Below, piece after piece: positions 51,343-62,098 of a DNA stretch of 64,000 nucleotides (positions are counted from its first letter, which is position 1; each line of letters starts with the position of its first letter). A program made the translations under genes and the position numbers. The stretch covers positions 10,059 through 74,058 of the forward strand of contig JAYRII010000014.1 in the NCBI GenBank assembly GCA_041906885.1, given 5' to 3'. Below the pieces are notes generated by a model. The model ran no database searches and was not told where the DNA came from. It worked only from the letters and a program-made list of their open reading frames with translations. This DNA comes from Candidatus Saccharimonadia bacterium. GTDB lineage: Bacteria; Patescibacteriota; Saccharimonadia; CAILAD01; CAZGYV01.

Positions 51343-52356
51343 ATGCCTCCAAATCAAACAAACAATCCTTATCCAGCCGCACCACCAGCCCAAGGACCGC
51401 CACCAGGCGTACCAATGGGCCCGCCGCCACCGTATGGCCCAGTGCAATACCAGCCGCAGCAACCGCCAATGATGCCTCAGCAGCCAGTCCCGCCCGGCAA
51501 GGGCAAGGCGTCAGACAAAAAGGGCAAGAAGGGCGACAAAAACGAGCGCATCAGTACGCAAAAATATTTGATGTTCTCTGAGATCAAAGATGGCATTGTG
51601 GTGATGCGAGATGGCTCTCTGCGCATGATCATCCTAGGATCGGCCCTGAATTTTGACCTCAAAAGTCAGCAGGAACAAGACGCTATCGAGTTTTCATATC
51701 AGGGCTTCTTAAATGGTTTGCATTTCCCAATCCAGATCATTATCAGGTCGCGCAAGATAGACCTAGGCAGCTACATTGATAAGCTCGACAACATTAGGTC
51801 TAACCAACAAAACCCACTACTAGCGGGGCTGATGGAAGAATACACCGAAAACATCAAAGCCCTGCTTGATGAGATTAATATTATGGATAAAGAATTTTAC
51901 GTTGTCGTGCCCTACTATGTCGAAGCGGTCTCGAAGGACAATGTGACATCAAAAGTCGGCTCTATCTTTAAGCCGGCTGATGCTAATGTGGCTACTCAGA
52001 CCAATGAACAATTCGAAAAACGCAAACGCGACATATTGCAACGCACCAACAGCGTCGCTCAGGGGCTAGCTCAGTTGGGTATTCGAGCAGCCGTACTCAA
52101 GACACAAGAGCTAATCGAGCTATTTTATAATTCCTACAATATCGATGTCTCACAGAGCCAACGACTAATAAAAGTTGAGGATATGACAACTCCAGTAGTC
52201 GAGCGTGGCGGCCCGCCGGCCATGCAACATCAACCGCAGTCGCAACCAGCTCAGCCTGATGATCTCTTTGCCGCCGCTCATCGCCGCGAGCAATTGCAAT
52301 CGGACACTAGCTCGCAGGATGGCTACCCCGGTCAAACCGATGGAGGAGCCAGCTAG
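51343..52356 (+). CDS. T4SS accessory protein resembling a VirB4/TraC N-terminal region
   Basis: STQKYL..SEIKDGIVV, NFDLKS..EQ, FLNGL.FPIQI, ELFYNSYN. Confidence 0.8.
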   Translation: MPPNQTNNPYPAAPPAQGPPPGVPMGPPPPYGPVQYQPQQPPMMPQQPVPPGKGKASDKKGKKGDKNERISTQKYLMFSEIKDGIVVMRDGSLRMIILGSALNFDLKSQQEQDAIEFSYQGFLNGLHFPIQIIIRSRKIDLGSYIDKLDNIRSNQQNPLLAGLMEEYTENIKALLDEINIMDKEFYVVVPYYVEAVSKDNVTSKVGSIFKPADANVATQTNEQFEKRKRDILQRTNSVAQGLAQLGIRAAVLKTQELIELFYNSYNIDVSQSQRLIKVEDMTTPVVERGGPPAMQHQPQSQPAQPDDLFAAAHRREQLQSDTSSQDGYPGQTDGGAS

Positions 52357-54261
52357 ATGGCGAGACAAAAGCAACCCCAAATCGACCCGGCCATTCAAGC
52401 CCAGATTGACCGAGCAGCCGCCGAGCAAGCTGATGCCGAGCGTATTTACCGGGAAGGTATTGTCACCTTACGCGATGCTATTGCGCCTTCGTCGATTCAA
52501 ATCGAAAGCAATTACCTGCGTATCGGTAGCCGCTTAGCTCAAACTTTATTTGTCTTTGGCTATCCACGCACTTTATTTACTGGGTGGCTGTCGCCCATCA
52601 TCAATCTCGATGAGGTGATCGACATCAGCATCAATATCGTGCCGGTCGAGAGCAAGGTGGTGATGGATAATTTGAAGAAGAAAGTCGGTCAGCTCGAAGC
52701 CAGCTACAGCATCAACCAAGAAAAAGGCCGTGTTCGTGATCCTGGCCTCGAGGCCGCTATATCAGACGTTGAGGAGCTGCGTGATAAGCTCCAGGTCGGC
52801 AGTGAGCGTTTCTTCCGTTTTGGCCTCTATCTGACTCTTTACGGCAAAGACCAAAATGAACTCGAGCTGGTTCGTAAAAAAATTGAAGGAATTTTTGGTA
52901 ATAGCCTAATCTATACCAAGCTGGCAACGATTCAAATGGAGCAAGGCTTTAACTCCACTCTGCCACTTGGAACTGACATGCTCAATATCTATCGCAACAT
53001 GGATACCGGTGCGATTTCGACCAGCTTCCCATTCACCACAGCTGAGCTCTCCCAAGAAGAGGGGATTATGTACGGCATTAATCGCCACAACAACGGCTTG
53101 GTGCTCTATGATCGCTTTAGCCTCGAGAACGCTAATATGGTTGTATTTGCCAAGTCCGGAGCCGGTAAAAGCTTTGCTGTTAAGCTCGAGTGTCTGCGCT
53201 ATCTGATGCTCGATACAGAAGTGATCATTATTGATCCCGAAAATGAATATAAGACTCTGTGCGATGCTGTCGGTGGGTCATTCTTGCACCTTTCGCTCAA
53301 TAGTGCCACCCGCATCAATCCATTTGATCTGCCCAAAGCTGTCGATAAAGAAGAGGCCGACAATGCCTTAAATGCCAACATTATCATGTTGCACGGCCTG
53401 ATCAGACTGATGACGGGCGAGATGACGCCGGCCGAAGAGGCCGACTTGGATGTCGCCCTGATTCAAGCCTACGCCGACAAGGGTATCACTGGCGACCCGC
53501 TGACCCATAAGTCCGAGCCACCACTGATGAGCGATCTCTACAACACACTTATAAACATGGGCGGTAATGGGCCAGGCATGGCGGCACGATTGCGGCGCTA
53601 TACTGAGGGTACTTTTTCGGGTATATTCTCTGAGCAATCCAATATCCAGCTTGATAATAAATTCGTCGTTTTCAACATTCGTGATCTGGAAGATGAATTA
53701 CGACCAATTGGCATGTATATCGTGCTCAACTACATTTGGAATCGCGTCAAAATGGATAAGCGCCGTCGAATCTTAGCCGTCGACGAGGCCTGGCAGCTGA
53801 TGCGCTACCAAGACTCGGCGCAATTCCTTTTCTCAATCGCCAAACGCGCCCGTAAGTACTACCTTGGTCTGACCACCATCTCGCAAGACGTGGAGGACTT
53901 TTTGAGTACTAGGCTGGGACGGGCTATCGTAACCAACTCAAGCTTACAGCTGCTCCTCAAGCAGTCGCCGGCTGCCGTCGATGTCGTGGCTGACACCTTT
54001 AGGCTGACGGCCGAGGAGCGCAATCGACTGACCCAATTCCCGGTTGGCGAAGGGCTGTTTTTTGCCGGTTTGTCGCACGTCATACTGCACATATTAGCTT
54101 TTCCTGGCGAGGAGCAGCTGATCACCACAAATCCTCGAGATTTATTAGATCGCCCTACAGAAACCGATGTAGCGACCGAAGAGACGGAGGAGACAGCTGA
54201 GAACGGGCAGGGTGAGGCTATCATATCTGCCAATCCACCACCGTTTGAAAATCCACTCTAA
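52357..54261 (+). CDS. virB4: VirB4-like ATPase
   Basis: Walker A AKSGAGKS, IIDPENEY, INPFD, Walker B VDEAW, RARKY, SQ. Confidence 0.93.
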   Translation: MARQKQPQIDPAIQAQIDRAAAEQADAERIYREGIVTLRDAIAPSSIQIESNYLRIGSRLAQTLFVFGYPRTLFTGWLSPIINLDEVIDISINIVPVESKVVMDNLKKKVGQLEASYSINQEKGRVRDPGLEAAISDVEELRDKLQVGSERFFRFGLYLTLYGKDQNELELVRKKIEGIFGNSLIYTKLATIQMEQGFNSTLPLGTDMLNIYRNMDTGAISTSFPFTTAELSQEEGIMYGINRHNNGLVLYDRFSLENANMVVFAKSGAGKSFAVKLECLRYLMLDTEVIIIDPENEYKTLCDAVGGSFLHLSLNSATRINPFDLPKAVDKEEADNALNANIIMLHGLIRLMTGEMTPAEEADLDVALIQAYADKGITGDPLTHKSEPPLMSDLYNTLINMGGNGPGMAARLRRYTEGTFSGIFSEQSNIQLDNKFVVFNIRDLEDELRPIGMYIVLNYIWNRVKMDKRRRILAVDEAWQLMRYQDSAQFLFSIAKRARKYYLGLTTISQDVEDFLSTRLGRAIVTNSSLQLLLKQSPAAVDVVADTFRLTAEERNRLTQFPVGEGLFFAGLSHVILHILAFPGEEQLITTNPRDLLDRPTETDVATEETEETAENGQGEAIISANPPPFENPL

Positions 54262-54336
54262 TTTCAGGCCAAAACAAAACGCTAAAACCAAAATAAATCA
54301 CCACTACTATTAATAAAGTCGAGTGAAATTTATTTA

Positions 54337-57300
54337 ATGCCTCCTTCTGATGAAATGGAACAATATGACAACCCGATAGGTGACGCTGACGCCGGCTATG
54401 ACGCCGGACTGTCCGGTGATACCGGCTCAGAAAACGATGCGCCTGAAGTAAGTCCGTCGCGGAGCTCAAGCGGTCCCAAGCATGCAAAAAGCAAACAAGA
54501 CAATAAAGGCCTCAATAAAACCCAAAAAAGGCTCTCCGGTATCGAGAATAAGTTGGGGCAAAAAGGAGGCCTTGCAGGTAACCTCGGTAAGGCCGCCGGG
54601 GACCTCAATAAGTTTATTGACGGAAACAAGCCAAAACACCTCAAACAAGATGGCAGTAAAGCAGCTAGAAAAACGACCGAGAAAGCAGTCGATAAAGCAG
54701 CCGGGCAAGCCGCTAAAGCAGCGGTTGCTTCGTCTGGAATAGGAGCCCCTGTTGCCCAAGCAGTAGGCAAGGTCGTCGAAAAAGTCGGCGTCAAACGAAT
54801 TCTAATTATTATCGGGGTTCTTCTCTTGTGGCCTATTCTTTCGGTTATGCTAACCGTCATGATGTTGTATCAATTTATCAAAAACCCGATTAAGGCCATT
54901 TGGGACGGCAACCCAGTTGTATCAGCAGTTAAGTCCCTTGTACTCGAAGATCATGGTGAATCTAAAAAATTTGCCTACGAAATTGACCTCAAAGACTTTA
55001 AAGATTTTCCAGCCACCGGTGCTGTTGCCGCCCCGGCCGCTGATGCTCCAAAGGAAGGAACGCTGGAGTGGAAATATAGCCAGATTGATTGGGAAAAGGC
55101 CAAATACCAAACAATCGACCAGCCAAGCAACTGCAGAGTCGACACTAAACAGGTTGTTAATCCAATCACCGGCAAGCAGCGAGCCGTCATCGACAAGGTC
55201 TATATGGCCAACAACGCCGATAACTCCATGAGTGAAAACTCAAAAGCGATGTGCTTATCTAAGGTCTATCCAATCTTTAATACTATGATGCGCAGCAAAT
55301 TCTTGCGACAGGGAATCAATAAGGAAATTGGCCTGCGCTACAACTATGCCGAGCAGGATGAAAATGGTAATGCGCCGGATATATACGCCAGCCCATCGCC
55401 TTCAGCTAGCCCAGCTTCCGCACCGACAACTCAATCCAAGTGGGGCGTCGGCCTAGCCTACCTCAAGCAAATGTTCGTCGATGATTTTATTCGTGGCCTA
55501 AAACAAAACATTACTGCCGTCGCTGTTCCAGCCACCAGTCCAGCAGCAACGACCGACCCCTACGAACAGCTCAAAGAAAAATTACGCAACAAAACCCTTG
55601 ACCGTATCTGGATGCGTGACACTGGTCAAGCCAATCAGCCGTCCGGTGATGTCTCACTTGATGGTGTTAGTGTGCCCCCTGGATTAGCTAATTTTCCTGA
55701 AGGTGCCGCCTTATTTAAAAAAATATTTGCCTGGGTAAGTGCTAAAACCGGTGTGCCAACTGCCATGCTAGCCTCACAAGCCTACCAGGAGTCATCAAAC
55801 TATTGGGTAGGGCAATATCAAGACGATAATTATGTCTTACAGCACTCTTATATGATCCCAGGCGCTGGTAAACAACCCATGGATAAGGCAAAGGGTGATA
55901 CTGGCTGTACAGCAGGCTGCCAAGGGCCGATGCAGCTTGATAAATATCCTGGTGGAGGAAATTATAACGCCAAGCTGCTGGCCGCCTTCAAACAGACCTT
56001 TGGGGTAGACTATCCGGAGCATGGCGAGATGATGTTTGACACGGCAGTCGGTTATGCCGCCACCATGGCTCAATCAAGAGCTAAAACCCTGAACGATCCA
56101 GCAGCCACCAATGCCTACTACCAGGATAAGGGTCATCGACTTGATTACCTCAAATGGTATGGTACTAACGCAGGCGGTGACAAGCATTATGATGAATTTA
56201 ATAGTGGATCAACCAGCATGAAAGACACAATTCAAAATAATAGAACTGTTGCAGCCAACTTTGCCGTTCGTACGCCGTCTACACTACCACCATCGGCTAT
56301 TCTAGCTTTAGCAACACGGATTCCTGGGGCAACCCCACCTGGAGCTGGTGCTGCTCAAGAAGTTATCGATAGGACTACCTATGCAGGTCTAAAGACTGGC
56401 TACGATTTCGCTAAGGCAGTATATGCTAAGCTTGACTTTAATTGGTGTCAGGGGGTAGCTACCAACACCTGCTCAAAAGGCATGATGAACTACTACTTTG
56501 CCAGCAAAGCTGTGATTGACCGTTACGAGTCAAAATACGCCGATAAATTTCCTGGAGGTTCTTCCACAAAGGCACAATATTACAATGCTATGAGCGCTTG
56601 GCAAAAAACCTCTTCAGTCGAACCGGGTGGTAGTTTTACTGCTTGTGGCGATAATTGCACTACACTGCCAGTGCGAAAAGCAGTCGTTGATGCGGCGGGT
56701 GCATATGCTGAAGAGCTACTCAGAATGGAAGCCGCACGACTCGGTATTTCTAGTGGGGGTGGCGGTGGAGGAGGAGGTGACAGCGGAGCATCAACTCCGA
56801 CAACTCCCGAGAAGCCCAAAGACCCGCTCACGAAGATGGTCGCCCTACCCAAGACTTGCGATAAAGACTTTGCAAATAAGAACGCCGGCCTCAAGTCGTC
56901 AGCCCCGATAGACTACTCGGTCGTCAAAGTTGTAAATGACTTGCTCTGTGGCGACGACCCACAAAATATCAAGCTCGATGATGATATAGCCAGACAGATA
57001 AGGAAAGTGGGCGAGAATGGCAGCTCAAAAGACATGGCCGATGTGATCTGTCGATACTCGCTATACTTGGTCGAATCAGCCAAAGCAACGCCGCTAGACC
57101 GCCTAAAACTAACTCAAAAAACCCGTATCGCCTCAATGGCCAATGCTGGTTTCTCGCATGTCACCTACGCCGACACCCAGGTATCGCGACCACTACTACT
57201 GGATGAGATGAGAGCTGACTTTTATAAAATGAGCAATTTCGCTGGGGCCGTTACCTATCATCATACAGCCTACGGCACCGAAAATGGCACCGCCCCGCAG

Positions 57301-59094
57301 GCCGAAACCCTCTCCGGTAGCTCTCTGGGTATGGATATGCTTGGCGTGCACCCTGAGTACCCAATCCAAAAAGCAGTCCGGCAGCTAGCCGGCAACTGTA
57401 GTGATTACCTGGGCAACAACAGTGTGGTCGATAAAAATGGCAAGGCAACCGACCCCAAGAAAGACGAGTCTTCAACCAAGATCGGTCAGGTTGGTGCGTT
57501 CTACCCTCAGCTCCGCGATCAGATGCAAGCCCTGCCTTATTATAATTCGAAGGAATTTCGCGATGAAAAAACTGCCTTTGTTAATGGCACTGCCGCTGAG
57601 AATGGCACTGCCAAAATAGGCGATGCAATCAGTAGTGCAACCAAGAGCGCAGTTGATCAAAGCGGGGTAGGCCTCGATGATGTGCTGCTTGGATTCGCCA
57701 AAGCTGGCACTAATGTGAGTGACGCCGGCACCGAAGATGGGCCGCAAAACTTCAATCGTATGCATGACGGAGTGCAAGCCTATATGTACGCCTATAACCT
57801 GGCCATGGGTGGCAACCTAATCTCTCAAGATCGCGCTGTAGCCGAAGACATCAAGATCGAGGAAGGTGTGCGTGATCAAGAAAAGCGTCGCGGCCTGGCC
57901 TACCGCTTGTTTAATACCGAAAATCCGCGCTCGCTCGTCAGCCACCTTGGTGCAGCTTCGATTGCTAGTCCGCTGCAGGCTGCTAAGAACGTTGCTTCTG
58001 TCTTTGGTGATTTATTTAGCCCGCTGCAGAATATCGGCTCAGCTAGTGGCTCTCTGAGTTATTTCCTTACCGGTAACAACAATAGCGCCATGGCCGACAA
58101 CAGCTTTAGCTACAACTATCTGAAACTTGAGCCATCGACGATACCAGATTCAATCATATCCTCAAGCCCGATTGAGAATGGTAAATATATCGAACACCTC
58201 AAAGAAAGTACCGACGGTGATAAGCATGTCAAAATTAATGTTTTCTATGTTCCATACGGCGCAGAAAAGGCCGTTGATCCGAATAAGGGTGATCATACGA
58301 TCAAAGAATGGTTTGGTGTTTGGGATAAATGCTTTACAACTTTCATTCCTGGTGAACTGGCCCTAGACGACGATACCGTCCGCGAATGCCAGCCCATCTT
58401 TGGGGTTAATGCTGATCTTGATACTTCCGAGGGAGGCAAATTAGCCCTAGCCTACAAAACATATCACTACAATAGCCTAGTGGCCGACGCCATGCTCTAC
58501 CTGTCTGACCCCAGCAAGGTCGATGAAAGTCTATTTGCCAGCAGCGACCAGGCCACTGGCCCCGGTGCAGGCAGTGCTAATCCTGGAGGCATCGTCGGCG
58601 ATGTTTATGAAACTTCAGTTGATATCGCTTGTGCTGCAGGTACAAAAGATGTTGGCATTGCCGATGGTTACCACGGCGGTGTGCTTATAAAAATTCGCTT
58701 GTGTGCTATACCGAACTTCCCAAGCGGTAGTAGTGAGAGTCAACCAGGAGACAAATATTATGTAGAAGGGGCCGATGGTAATGCCCTAGTCAATTCACGT
58801 GTTTCGGGGGCGATGCTATCTTTGGTTAATGATGCTGCAAGCTCTGGTAATCCACTCTCAGCAGATAGCTCATTCCGCACTATGGAACACCAGAAGTCCC
58901 TTTATAGTGCGCCTCACTCAGCCCCCGTAGCCACGCCGGGTAACTCCAATCATCAGATGGGTCTGGCCATAGATTTCGCTAATTGCAAAACTCACAGCAC
59001 AGCATGCTTTAAATGGCTGGACGCAAATGCGGCCAAATATGGTTACCAGAATTTCCCCGTTGAGCCTTGGCATTGGTCGCCAAATGGACATTAG
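54337..59094 (+). CDS. 1585 aa membrane-anchored protein with an internal lysozyme-like motif and C-terminal M15B (VanY-type) peptidase
   Basis: TM near aa 155-180; ASQAYQESS..GPMQL; SSFRT..Q..PGNSNHQMGLAIDF..EPWHW. Confidence 0.85.
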   Translation: MPPSDEMEQYDNPIGDADAGYDAGLSGDTGSENDAPEVSPSRSSSGPKHAKSKQDNKGLNKTQKRLSGIENKLGQKGGLAGNLGKAAGDLNKFIDGNKPKHLKQDGSKAARKTTEKAVDKAAGQAAKAAVASSGIGAPVAQAVGKVVEKVGVKRILIIIGVLLLWPILSVMLTVMMLYQFIKNPIKAIWDGNPVVSAVKSLVLEDHGESKKFAYEIDLKDFKDFPATGAVAAPAADAPKEGTLEWKYSQIDWEKAKYQTIDQPSNCRVDTKQVVNPITGKQRAVIDKVYMANNADNSMSENSKAMCLSKVYPIFNTMMRSKFLRQGINKEIGLRYNYAEQDENGNAPDIYASPSPSASPASAPTTQSKWGVGLAYLKQMFVDDFIRGLKQNITAVAVPATSPAATTDPYEQLKEKLRNKTLDRIWMRDTGQANQPSGDVSLDGVSVPPGLANFPEGAALFKKIFAWVSAKTGVPTAMLASQAYQESSNYWVGQYQDDNYVLQHSYMIPGAGKQPMDKAKGDTGCTAGCQGPMQLDKYPGGGNYNAKLLAAFKQTFGVDYPEHGEMMFDTAVGYAATMAQSRAKTLNDPAATNAYYQDKGHRLDYLKWYGTNAGGDKHYDEFNSGSTSMKDTIQNNRTVAANFAVRTPSTLPPSAILALATRIPGATPPGAGAAQEVIDRTTYAGLKTGYDFAKAVYAKLDFNWCQGVATNTCSKGMMNYYFASKAVIDRYESKYADKFPGGSSTKAQYYNAMSAWQKTSSVEPGGSFTACGDNCTTLPVRKAVVDAAGAYAEELLRMEAARLGISSGGGGGGGGDSGASTPTTPEKPKDPLTKMVALPKTCDKDFANKNAGLKSSAPIDYSVVKVVNDLLCGDDPQNIKLDDDIARQIRKVGENGSSKDMADVICRYSLYLVESAKATPLDRLKLTQKTRIASMANAGFSHVTYADTQVSRPLLLDEMRADFYKMSNFAGAVTYHHTAYGTENGTAPQAETLSGSSLGMDMLGVHPEYPIQKAVRQLAGNCSDYLGNNSVVDKNGKATDPKKDESSTKIGQVGAFYPQLRDQMQALPYYNSKEFRDEKTAFVNGTAAENGTAKIGDAISSATKSAVDQSGVGLDDVLLGFAKAGTNVSDAGTEDGPQNFNRMHDGVQAYMYAYNLAMGGNLISQDRAVAEDIKIEEGVRDQEKRRGLAYRLFNTENPRSLVSHLGAASIASPLQAAKNVASVFGDLFSPLQNIGSASGSLSYFLTGNNNSAMADNSFSYNYLKLEPSTIPDSIISSSPIENGKYIEHLKESTDGDKHVKINVFYVPYGAEKAVDPNKGDHTIKEWFGVWDKCFTTFIPGELALDDDTVRECQPIFGVNADLDTSEGGKLALAYKTYHYNSLVADAMLYLSDPSKVDESLFASSDQATGPGAGSANPGGIVGDVYETSVDIACAAGTKDVGIADGYHGGVLIKIRLCAIPNFPSGSSESQPGDKYYVEGADGNALVNSRVSGAMLSLVNDAASSGNPLSADSSFRTMEHQKSLYSAPHSAPVATPGNSNHQMGLAIDFANCKTHSTACFKWLDANAAKYGYQNFPVEPWHWSPNGH

Positions 59095-59095
59095 T

Positions 59096-60394
59096 ATGAT
59101 CAAGAATATTTCACTTATAAAACATTATCCCAGAAGCGCAAAGACTGCCGGGCGAATACTTGCAATAACTCTGCTAATTTTAAATGCCTTGGGCATACCT
59201 AACGCTTCAGTGGCTGTGGCAGCCGATGCCCAAAAGAAATCCGAGTATAGGCCCGGGGTATCTGAACAGCGACGGGAGATCGAATTTCATTGGGCATACG
59301 ACAAAACAGCAGCCTGTGTGGCTAATGCCGCCAGTAGTCAAGCTAATTCTGGTCTTAGTGGTAATGGGTCCCTTCCTGATAGCGTGCCGGGGCCATACCA
59401 TGACATTTTCATTGCCGCTGCTGCCAAACACAATGCCCCTCCTGCTATCGTAGCTGCAATCTTTTTTGCCGGAGAGCACGGCCATAGTTGGCCAGACCCT
59501 CCACCACCTTACGGAGGCGGTAAGTCGTGGGAGACTTCTTACGCTAATGCTCAGGGCCCATTTCAATTTCTACCAGGTACATGGGGTGAATACGGTGATG
59601 ATGGAAACGGTGATGGCAAAAAGGACATTCAAGACCTGACAGATGCTGCCTTTGGGGCCGCTAATTACTTAGCAGCCAACGGAGCTGTTATTGGAGCCCC
59701 AGACGGGCCCCGTGGCACACCATCGATTGAAAATGCAATTTGGCTTTACAACCACAGCCAAAAGTATCTTGATACTGTTATGCAAGCTTATCACGAGTTT
59801 TCGGGTGCTGGAACCGGCATAAGTACCGTCGGGTCTGCCGTTTCACAAGCTGCCCAACAAGTGGGTGTGTGTTCAAGTGGCTCAGCAGATGGTGATGCGC
59901 AATTTATAGACTACACAGGCAAACTAACCGACCCATCAATCAATTCAACTTTACAGCCAACTGCCATTATCCTGCACTGGTGGGGTTTTAAGGGTGGCAT
60001 TGATAGCTTAGTCAGCGGGCTAAACTCTAGGGGGCTTTCCGTACAAATAGGTGCCACACTAGATGGTAAGTTATATCAGCTAACTCCCCAACTCAACAGC
60101 TATGCTCAACACGCTAAGTGTGTCAATAAATATGCTATTGGTATTGAAATAGAGGGCGAGGGGCCGGCCGATCTTGCTGGCTCACAACCCCAGTTTAACT
60201 CCGTGGTTAGCGCGGTTAAAACCCTAATGCAAAAATTTTCAATACCTGTTGATGGCGTTATACAAAATCCTTCCTCTAGTGGCGTAGTGGGAGTCCATTC
60301 TCACAAAGAAGTTGATGCGCTTTGTCCAACAGGTTCGGGCAAGGATGATGTTGATGATACCTACCTGCAAAGAGTAAAAGATGCTGTAAAATAG
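59096..60394 (+). CDS. Secreted lytic transglycosylase + N-acetylmuramoyl-L-alanine amidase (Amidase_2) fusion
   Basis: AQGPFQFLPGTW..DGNGDG..AAFGAANYL..YNHS; IILHW..HAK..N..AIGIEIEG..HKE. Confidence 0.85.
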   Translation: MIKNISLIKHYPRSAKTAGRILAITLLILNALGIPNASVAVAADAQKKSEYRPGVSEQRREIEFHWAYDKTAACVANAASSQANSGLSGNGSLPDSVPGPYHDIFIAAAAKHNAPPAIVAAIFFAGEHGHSWPDPPPPYGGGKSWETSYANAQGPFQFLPGTWGEYGDDGNGDGKKDIQDLTDAAFGAANYLAANGAVIGAPDGPRGTPSIENAIWLYNHSQKYLDTVMQAYHEFSGAGTGISTVGSAVSQAAQQVGVCSSGSADGDAQFIDYTGKLTDPSINSTLQPTAIILHWWGFKGGIDSLVSGLNSRGLSVQIGATLDGKLYQLTPQLNSYAQHAKCVNKYAIGIEIEGEGPADLAGSQPQFNSVVSAVKTLMQKFSIPVDGVIQNPSSSGVVGVHSHKEVDALCPTGSGKDDVDDTYLQRVKDAVK

Positions 60395-60405
60395 ATTCAA
60401 TAACA

Positions 60406-61809
60406 ATGCAACCAGATATATATAACCAGCCAAATAAAGTAATTAATAAAAAAGTACTCTTAATAGTATTTGCTATATTCTTAGTAATTTGTATAATATT
60501 GGCCTTGTTTTTGTTATCCAAACACAGCAATGAAAAAGTTAACCCCACCCCAATTAATTATCAGGATAATTTTTTTACTGGAATCAGTTCGGTGTCGCCA
60601 GACATTAATAATCCAGAAGTTATTCATCTCTTTAACGGCCGCAATTTCATTAAATATAATTTAAAGACCAAACAATCCAGCCGCCGAATCAAAGACGTTA
60701 ATCTTCCCAACAGTGTTTCTGAAATGAAATGGTCTAAAGACAAGAACTATGTAAGCTTTAAGGCTAGTGGTTTTACTACCAATGATGAGCTCGGAAAATA
60801 TTTAAATAACATGGGCTTATCTCTAAATAACCATTATTTTTGGGTAATGAATACAAACACCGGTGAATTTAACTTGATTTCAGGTTCTTACACACTTGAA
60901 GAGGACTCTCTAAAAGAAACCCTATTCACGACGTGGGGAGTAGACCCAAATAAAATAATATTTGTTACTAAAGTAGGGGATACGAGCGAGATATACCTAT
61001 ATGATGTTATCAAAAAAGAAACTAAATTATTGTTTAAGAATAGTAATTTAGTCCTCTATCTATCTCAACTCAATCCTAACAAATATATTATTCTTGAAAG
61101 TAAACAAGATGGCTCTATCTTGGAAGTTAACGATATAGATAGTACTGGAAAAAGTAAATTAATTACTAAAGTCAACTCGAATATAATAAACACTTCGCCA
61201 GACGGAAAATATTTTTACATTTTTGAACCAAGCAATGCATCTAAAATAAGTGATGGCGAGAATACCGAACCAATTAGCGGCAAATTAAATATTTACAATT
61301 CAGACAACAATAAGATTGTTAAAGATATTAATAATTTAAAAACTTCAGACTTTTTTAGTTGGTCTGGGAATAGCAAGTCAATCTATACTTTTACCAACAG
61401 CTCTAAGTTAAGCATCGTTAATGTTGATAACAGCAGTTCTACAATATTTAAGCCGCTTGATAAGATCAATCTTCGCAATAGTGGAGCTTATCAGTTTATT
61501 GCATCGGGAATCGAGGGCTTGGTATTTATTGTTAATAAAGATGGGGTTAATACCATTCAAACACCAGACATACAAAGGCCATACACAGTGAATCTTAACA
61601 CCATTCAAACACCCGATAACTTCACTGATTTCAATGTGTCTTACGATGATAAATATAAACTAACGACTGTCAGCTTATACAAGCAGCCTTACGATTTATT
61701 TCGACAAAAAGCTATTGAATATGTAGGTAACAAGGGTGTTAATCCAGATCTCATTCCAATAAACTTTATTAACTTCAATCCGGCAAACAACAATTATCAC
61801 GGTCGCTAG
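60406..61809 (+). CDS. Membrane-anchored beta-propeller (TolB/WD40-like) protein, AT-rich
   Basis: N-terminal TM; WSKD, SPDGK, WSGNS repeats; Asn/Lys-rich. Confidence 0.75.
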   Translation: MQPDIYNQPNKVINKKVLLIVFAIFLVICIILALFLLSKHSNEKVNPTPINYQDNFFTGISSVSPDINNPEVIHLFNGRNFIKYNLKTKQSSRRIKDVNLPNSVSEMKWSKDKNYVSFKASGFTTNDELGKYLNNMGLSLNNHYFWVMNTNTGEFNLISGSYTLEEDSLKETLFTTWGVDPNKIIFVTKVGDTSEIYLYDVIKKETKLLFKNSNLVLYLSQLNPNKYIILESKQDGSILEVNDIDSTGKSKLITKVNSNIINTSPDGKYFYIFEPSNASKISDGENTEPISGKLNIYNSDNNKIVKDINNLKTSDFFSWSGNSKSIYTFTNSSKLSIVNVDNSSSTIFKPLDKINLRNSGAYQFIASGIEGLVFIVNKDGVNTIQTPDIQRPYTVNLNTIQTPDNFTDFNVSYDDKYKLTTVSLYKQPYDLFRQKAIEYVGNKGVNPDLIPINFINFNPANNNYHGR

Positions 61810-61822
61810 TTTATCCGAATAA

Positions 61823-62098
61823 CTATCTAATTGTCACCACAATACGGCTCACTTTGTGTGGCGCAATTTTCCCATTTATTAACACCATCAGACTCCGTGC
61901 TCGGTAACGCAGCTCTGAGGCGCTTGAACTATCCTCCGTGGCTATTTTGAGGACGTTATTTTTATAGCTCAACACCCTAACCTCTACATGGACCTTGTCG
62001 ACAATTATTAACTTTGCCTCGGTCATAACATCTAGTTTTGAAACACCGAGTGTTTCGGCTTTTTCTTCTAGGATTTTTTTAATATTCTCAAGCGACAT
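61823..62098 (-). CDS. DciA/DUF721-like protein
   Basis: Directly after recF; LKIA....ASELRY motif. Confidence 0.65.
   Translation of the reverse strand: MSLENIKKILEEKAETLGVSKLDVMTEAKLIIVDKVHVEVRVLSYKNNVLKIATEDSSSASELRYRARSLMVLINGKIAPHKVSRIVVTIR

Noticed and set aside
61549-61618. Short direct repeat encoding NTIQTPD twice
   Set aside because: Only two copies inside a coding region; a local duplication with no further support.
47901-61809. Integrative conjugative element or prophage
   Set aside because: No integrase, relaxase, att repeats or phage structural genes; the layout fits the chromosomal CPR T4SS.
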